Below, piece after piece: positions 61,752-64,000 of a DNA stretch of 64,000 nt (position 1 is the stretch's first letter; the number at the start of each line of letters is the position of its first letter). The DNA is from Eledone cirrhosa (Eukaryota), in contig OZ024741.1 of the NCBI GenBank assembly GCA_964016885.1, positions 283,898,001 to 283,962,000 of the forward strand, written 5' to 3'. The notes beneath the pieces were generated by a model. It ran no database searches, had not been told where the DNA came from, and saw nothing but the letters and a program-made list of their open reading frames with translations. The position numbers and the translations under genes are program-made.

Positions 61752-63342
61752 ATAATGTATACTTGTAAGTATATATCTGTGAATGTGTTTGATTTATTTT
61801 ATACTGGTACTAAATTATCATCAGTTTTATTCTGAAAATCGTCTATCGCATCTGTTAATACATCCTAAGTTATAAGTTTCTTAGTTACTAGAATTTCATT
61901 TATTTATAAATATATTCATTACTGAATTATACTTCCAAAATCGTTTTCCTAATATATTCTATTAACATTAATTTTATAACTTCAATGGCGGTGACTTGGT
62001 AGTATCGGTAGAGGGTCGGACGCCATTCTTTGACGCATAGAGTTACGGCTGTTGCCATTCTGAGTTAAAATCCCGCCGAGGTTAACTTTTCCTTTCATCC
62101 TCACGGGGTCGATAAAATAAAGTACCAGTAATGTACTGGGTAATTGTTGGCCTTGTGCCAATTATTGTGATATTAAATTTATATATTCTAGTTGTATACC
62201 TATAACTCTAATTTGGTGAGTAGTATATGTGTATCAGTGTATAATAGTTAGTAAAATATATTTAGTTACTGAACGTTATATTTTTATCACTGATAAATTT
62301 TAATTGCGTCTTTAGGCTTCCATGGAATTTTAACGTTTTTCCAGCAGTGTTTGAATTGTTTATACTTTTCGCAGAGGCAGTGAATTGACAGAGTCGTTAA
62401 AACTTTGGATAGAATGTTTTTCAGTACTTGTTCCGACTCTCTGTGTTCAAATCTTGCCGAGGCCAACTTTGCTTTCATCCATTTGAGGTCGCTAAAAAGT
62501 ACCAGTTAGGTACTGGGGTCGATTCTTCCTCTATATCTCTTTCTCACTTCTTTTCTCTCACTCTCTATCATTCTCTTGAAAAAATCTGCTGCATTTTGAC
62601 CTGGAGAGGAGATGGGCTCCGCCAGGTATAAAAATGTCATAGAAAAGGCGTATATCAATATGGTACTCCTACGACTCCTTTGGGGGTTACGGATCCATAC
62701 ATACATATACTTTTCGAACGTATGTGCATGTAAGGTAAATATTTGTATTTAATCGATTCTGATGAACTTATATTTTAATGAAACAGTCGTAAATCTATTA
62801 AATTATTTAATTTAAATCCTTGTTAATCCTTATTCTTACGTGTGTGTGGGGGGGAGTAGGGTTTCAGGAAGATATGTAGGCGTGAAAGGGGGTTAGAAAA
62901 ACAGCATTTATTAATTGAGTCCATGAGGTGTGAAATTTGAAGAGAGAGTATAAATTGTTGCTATCAGTAAAAGCAAGAGTTTGGTGAGCTGGTGTATAAA
63001 TCCAAGCCAAATACTAATGGATGATTGCGAGGAGTGGTCCAAGGAGCAAAAATAGTAAGAGACAGTGTATAACAAGCACGGGCAACCTGTTTTGAGCAGC
63101 AGGCCAGAATGGATGTGGCTCATCATAGAGCAATTTTGAAATTAGTCATACTATTCAGAAAGCCAAATTTGTCGCATGTGGTACAGTGCCGCAATTTGCC
63201 CATGACTGGTATATAACAACCCCACCAATGTTTAAAATAAAAATGATCCTTGATACAAACCTGCAGCTGGTTTCAATGATTGGTTTAATAATACAAGTAT
63301 TATGGCTGTTTTGATGATCAAAAATGGAGATCCTTTGTTCAT
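1447..63342 (-). CDS. Multi-exon gene (5' part, continues off left edge): secreted or cell-surface protein with tandem 4-Cys galactose-binding-like (F-type lectin/F5-8C-like) modules
   Basis: 21 exons with AG/GT boundaries. All internal exons are phase 1-1, multiples of 3 and stop-free. Order: SP-E-C5-B5-A9-A8-C4-B4-A7-A6-A5-C3-B3-A4-A3-C2-B2-A2-C1-B1-A1. Fold call is by eye from motif similarity. Confidence 0.85.
1570..2570 (-). mobile_element. L1/Tx1-like LINE 3' fragment
   Basis: ORF 1883..2287 has the CPRC...[11 protein letters not shown] zinc-finger typical of L1/Tx1 ORF2 C-termini. Confidence 0.75.
2870..3440 (-). mobile_element. Degraded RTE-like RT fragment (duplicated at ~7130-7720)
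   Basis: Minus-strand motifs [29 protein letters not shown] with stops and frameshifts. Confidence 0.65.
4207..4368 (-). CDS. Exon B1 (162 nt): [54 protein letters not shown]
   Basis: TTTTAACAG acceptor, GTAAG donor. Confidence 0.88.
4592..4663 (-). CDS. Exon C1 (72 nt): [24 protein letters not shown]
   Basis: AAG acceptor, GTAAGT donor. Confidence 0.85.
6202..6246 (-). CDS. Microexon A2 (45 nt): [15 protein letters not shown]
   Basis: TTTTTCAG acceptor, GTGAGT donor; one synonymous difference from A1. Confidence 0.8.
6321..6710 (-). mobile_element. Two tandem copies of tRNA-derived SINE family 1 (~190 bp). Other copies: (-) 11384-11570, 17495-17675, 23863-24067, 24519-24715, 38386-38500, 39491-39673, 40278-40487, 42712-43058; (+) 25035-25217, 39855-40042, 51288-51476, 61987-62162
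   Basis: A-box TGGCAGTATCGG, B-box GAGTTCAAATCC, central GCCTTTCATCC..GGGGTCGATAAAAT..GTACCAG domain, ATT-repeat tail; multiple near-identical dispersed copies. Confidence 0.9.
8584..8745 (-). CDS. Exon B2 (162 nt): [54 protein letters not shown]
   Basis: TTTAACAG acceptor, GTAAGT donor; reads identical to B1. Confidence 0.88.
8998..9069 (-). CDS. Exon C2 (72 nt): [24 protein letters not shown]
   Basis: Pyrimidine tract + AAG acceptor, GTAAGT donor. Confidence 0.85.
11336..11365 (-). CDS. Microexon A3 (30 nt): [10 protein letters not shown]
   Basis: TTTTTCAG acceptor, CAAG|GTGAGT donor; 15 nt shorter than its paralogues but in frame. Confidence 0.72.
13450..13675. repeat. 17-bp minisatellite (AGAACATAGCTCAGATC)n; degenerate short paralogue at ~10950-11015
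   Basis: Direct inspection. Confidence 0.9.
14102..14146 (-). CDS. Microexon A4 (45 nt): (F/V)[14 protein letters not shown]
   Basis: TTTTTCAG acceptor, CAAG|GTGAGT donor. Confidence 0.78.
14560..14903 (-). mobile_element. tRNA-derived CORE-like SINE family 2 (~340 bp). Other copies: 28687-29022(-), 29026-29412(+), 33581-33925(+), 34243-34564(-), 37347-37700(-)
   Basis: Head GGAGGCACATGGCTTAGTGGTTAGAGC..GAGTTCAATTC, CORE-like CCTTGAGCAAGACACTTT..CTCCAGTTTACTCAGCTGTAGAAATG, (ATG)n tail. Confidence 0.9.
15844..16005 (-). CDS. Exon B3 (162 nt): [54 protein letters not shown]
   Basis: CAACAG acceptor, GTAAGT donor; lies inside ORF 15836..16027. Confidence 0.88.
16669..16740 (-). CDS. Exon C3 (72 nt): [24 protein letters not shown]
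   Basis: CTAAT branch-like motif, CCTTTCTTTCAG acceptor, G|GTACG donor. Confidence 0.85.
17682..20032 (+). mobile_element. Degraded Penelope-like element with inverted terminal segments
   Basis: ORF 18291..18485 [25 protein letters not shown]...YI...[11 protein letters not shown] fits a PLE GIY-YIG region. ~17682-17785 is an inverted copy of ~19935-20032. Confidence 0.75.
20114..20158 (-). CDS. Microexon A5 (45 nt): [15 protein letters not shown]
   Basis: TTTTCAG acceptor, GAG|GTGAGT donor. Confidence 0.72.
20170..21590 (-). mobile_element. R4/Dong-clade LINE fragments (RT)
   Basis: [33 protein letters not shown] motifs in ORF 20796..21548; N-terminal [11 protein letters not shown] in ORF 20155..20439. 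Confidence 0.8.
21600..23600 (-). mobile_element. Degraded L1/Tx1-like LINE (RT fragment and low-complexity ORF1 remnants)
   Basis: [11 protein letters not shown]...[19 protein letters not shown] in ORF 21596..21871. Confidence 0.6.
24431..24475 (-). CDS. Microexon A6 (45 nt): [15 protein letters not shown]
   Basis: TTTTCAG acceptor, GAG|GTGAGT donor. Confidence 0.75.
25444..25488 (-). CDS. Microexon A7 (45 nt): [15 protein letters not shown]
   Basis: TTTTTCAG acceptor, CAAG|GTGAGT donor. Confidence 0.78.
25520..26150 (-). mobile_element. L1/Tx1-like 3' fragment (same family as 1570-2570)
   Basis: [11 protein letters not shown]...ESIVKIALP...KEVVWW matches the 1883 ORF. Confidence 0.7.
26170..26850 (+). 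mobile_element. R4/Dong LINE 3' part (CCHC/RLE region), degraded
   Basis: [34 protein letters not shown]-like motifs. Confidence 0.65.
27760..28605 (-). mobile_element. Probable Penelope-like fragment bounded by ~70-bp direct repeats (27760-27840 / 28535-28605)
   Basis: AAAAGTTATGAAAC.AAAGGAGCTG.GTGGTTACTAAAAACAAGGTT repeated at both ends; flanked by microsatellites. Confidence 0.4.
29500..32830 (-). mobile_element. CR1-clade LINE, near-complete but disrupted ORF2 (APE endonuclease + RT)
   Basis: [58 protein letters not shown]; frameshifts between ORFs. Confidence 0.88.
33204..33246 (-). ncRNA. Minimal type I hammerhead ribozyme motif
   Basis: ACGGUG-CUGACGA-UAGCU AACA AGCUU-GAAA-CUAG-UA-CAUCGU. 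Confidence 0.55.
34088..34137 (-). ncRNA. Type I hammerhead ribozyme motif
   Basis: GAGCUGUA-CUGAUGA-AGGGU GAU ACCCA-GAAA-CAUUAGUG-UC-UGCAGUUC. Confidence 0.6.
35012..35176 (-). CDS. Exon B4 (165 nt): [55 protein letters not shown]
   Basis: CAACAG acceptor, GTGAGT donor; in-frame 3-nt insertion relative to the other B exons. Confidence 0.88.
35538..35609 (-). CDS. Exon C4 (72 nt): [24 protein letters not shown]
   Basis: Pyrimidine tract + AAG acceptor, GTAAGT donor. Confidence 0.85.
36765..36846 (+). ncRNA. Type I hammerhead ribozyme motif, U3-A8 core variant, inside a ~510-bp inverted-repeat element (36501-37008)
   Basis: ACACCUG-UUGAUAA-GCCCUUAG...UUAAGGU-GAAA-CAUUCUCU UAUU AGAGUUUG-UC-CAGGUGU. 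Confidence 0.65.
37965..38009 (-). CDS. Microexon A8 (45 nt): (V/F)[14 protein letters not shown]
   Basis: TTTTTAG acceptor, CAAG|GTAAGT donor. Confidence 0.78.
38250..39130 (+). mobile_element. Highly degraded R4/Dong-like LINE 3' fragment
   Basis: Similarity to the 26170 and 41090 fragments (LFKNK..., [20 protein letters not shown] motifs). Confidence 0.5.
40210..40254 (-). CDS. Microexon A9 (45 nt): [15 protein letters not shown]
   Basis: TTTTCAG acceptor, GTGAGT donor, phase 1-1. Confidence 0.72.
41090..42330 (+). mobile_element. R4/Dong LINE 3' half; related pieces at ~14170-14470 and ~52090-52700
   Basis: [68 protein letters not shown] (RLE). Confidence 0.8.
44058..44219 (-). CDS. 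Exon B5 (162 nt): [54 protein letters not shown]
   Basis: ACAG acceptor, GTAAGT donor, three conserved Cys. Confidence 0.88.
44265..44930. repeat. ~30-bp GTTATTGTGAGGTAGTGGTAACAGAGAGAG minisatellite
   Basis: About 20 degenerate tandem units. Confidence 0.9.
45240..45840 (-). mobile_element. RTE LINE 3' end with (ATG)n tail
   Basis: ORF 45538..45885 [12 protein letters not shown]...[15 protein letters not shown]. Confidence 0.8.
46085..47130 (-). mobile_element. CR1-like LINE 3' fragment
   Basis: [33 protein letters not shown] motifs. Confidence 0.8.
47951..48022 (-). CDS. Exon C5 (72 nt): [24 protein letters not shown]
   Basis: TTTCAG acceptor, GTAAG donor; paralogous to C1-C4. Confidence 0.85.
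50589..50708 (-). CDS. Exon E (120 nt): [40 protein letters not shown]
   Basis: T-rich tract + TCAG acceptor, G|GTATGT donor, phase 1-1, open frame. The DTFW motif resembles the N-terminal part of discoidin/FTP-like domains. Confidence 0.75.
52860..54370 (-). mobile_element. Degraded Ty3/Gypsy LTR retrotransposon gag-protease-RT fragment
   Basis: Gag start [16 protein letters not shown], protease-like [12 protein letters not shown] (ORF 53264..53581), RT-like PFSVTNG.ACFQR.MD. Confidence 0.75.
54520..55530 (-). mobile_element. Internally deleted CRE-like (RLE) non-LTR retrotransposon; second 3' fragment at ~59030-59690 (+)
   Basis: [15 protein letters not shown] joined directly to [20 protein letters not shown]; the 3' UTR matches 59400-59690. 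Confidence 0.7.
56120..57302 (-). mobile_element. hAT DNA transposon remnant
   Basis: [25 protein letters not shown] in ORF 56450..56710; likely terminus CAGACCTCTCAACTCTCCCC at 57302. Confidence 0.7.
58150..61480 (+). mobile_element. Degraded CR1/L2/Jockey-group LINE interrupted by the CRE fragment
   Basis: [51 protein letters not shown] motifs with many stops. Confidence 0.7.
62750..62800 (+). ncRNA. Minimal type I hammerhead ribozyme motif
   Basis: UAAUCGAUU-CUGAUGA-ACUUAUAUUUUAAU-GAAA-CAGUCG-UA-AAUCUAUUA. Confidence 0.5.
63261..63342 (-). CDS. First coding exon, signal peptide [27 protein letters not shown]
   Basis: Long polypyrimidine tract + CAG acceptor (exon edge 63344), ATG 2 nt inside, hydrophobic core, GCAG|GTTTGT phase-1 donor that matches exon E. 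Confidence 0.7.
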
Positions 63343-63513
63343 CTCTGTTGGAATAAGAGGAAGAAAGAGAAAAAAACATAGTAGTAGTAGTAATGGTGGG
63401 AGGGGAGTAATTAGCTACACTGACAACATTAGAGGTATTTTTCTGATACTCTTAGGATTCTGTTAATGCATTTTATTATCAAATAAATATAATTATAGCT
63501 AGTTGTTTTAGTT

Positions 63514-64000
63514 AGGTGGTGCTAGCTGCCAAAGTATGTATATTGTATATGGTCCTAGCTGCAAAAGGGTGTATATTGTATAAGGTGCTAGCTGCCAAAG
63601 GGTGTATATTGTATAAGGTGCTAGCTGCCAAAGGGTGTATATTGTATATGGTCCTAGCTGCCAAAGAGTGTATATTGTATATGGTGCTAGCTGCCAAAGG
63701 GTGTATATTGTATATGATGCTAGCTGCTAAAGAGTGTATATTGTATAAGGTGCTAGCTGCCAAAGGGTGTATATTGTATATGATGCTAGCTGCCAAAGTA
63801 TGTATATTGTATATGGTGCTAGCTGCCAAAGGGTGTATATTGTATACGATGCTAGCTGCCAAAGGGTGTATATTGTATACGATGCTAGCTGCCAAAGGGT
63901 GTATATTGTATATGATGCTAGCTGCCAAAGGGTGTATATTGTATAAGGTGCTAGCTGCCAAAGGGTGTATATTGTATATGATGCTAGCTGCCAAAGAGTG
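63514..64000. repeat. 33-bp minisatellite (GCTAGCTGCCAAAGGGTGTATATTGTATATGAT)n, runs off the window
   Basis: About 15 units; explains the 11-aa periodic ORF 63512..63994. Confidence 0.95.

Noticed and set aside
63512-63994. 160-aa ORF with an 11-aa repeat (LAASIIYNIHP)
   Set aside because: By-product of a 33-bp minisatellite; no splice signals link it to the gene.

Overview
AT-rich, repeat-dense eukaryotic DNA. The tRNA-derived SINE families and LINE mix suggest an octopod cephalopod; this is an inference. Nearly all listed ORFs are transposon remnants or noise. The main content, invisible in the ORF track, is a minus-strand gene with at least 21 coding exons spanning the whole window and running off its left end. 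Its order is: signal-peptide exon (63261-63342), unique 120-nt exon E (50589-50708), then five tandem C+B exon pairs (72 nt + 162/165 nt) separated by 1-3 hypervariable 45-nt microexons (nine A exons; one is 30 nt). Each C+B pair encodes a 4-Cys module resembling a truncated F-type-lectin/galactose-binding-like domain. All internal exons are phase 1-1 and stop-free, giving about 588 aa if all are included. The array shows a very recent ~4.4-kb duplication, older duplications and C+B exon loss. Introns hold two SINE families (several in inverted pairs); R4/Dong, Tx1/L1, CR1, RTE, CRE, Gypsy, hAT and Penelope-like remnants; several type I hammerhead-ribozyme motifs; and minisatellites. Exons were read by hand from splice signals and frame conservation; no expression data or database searches were used.
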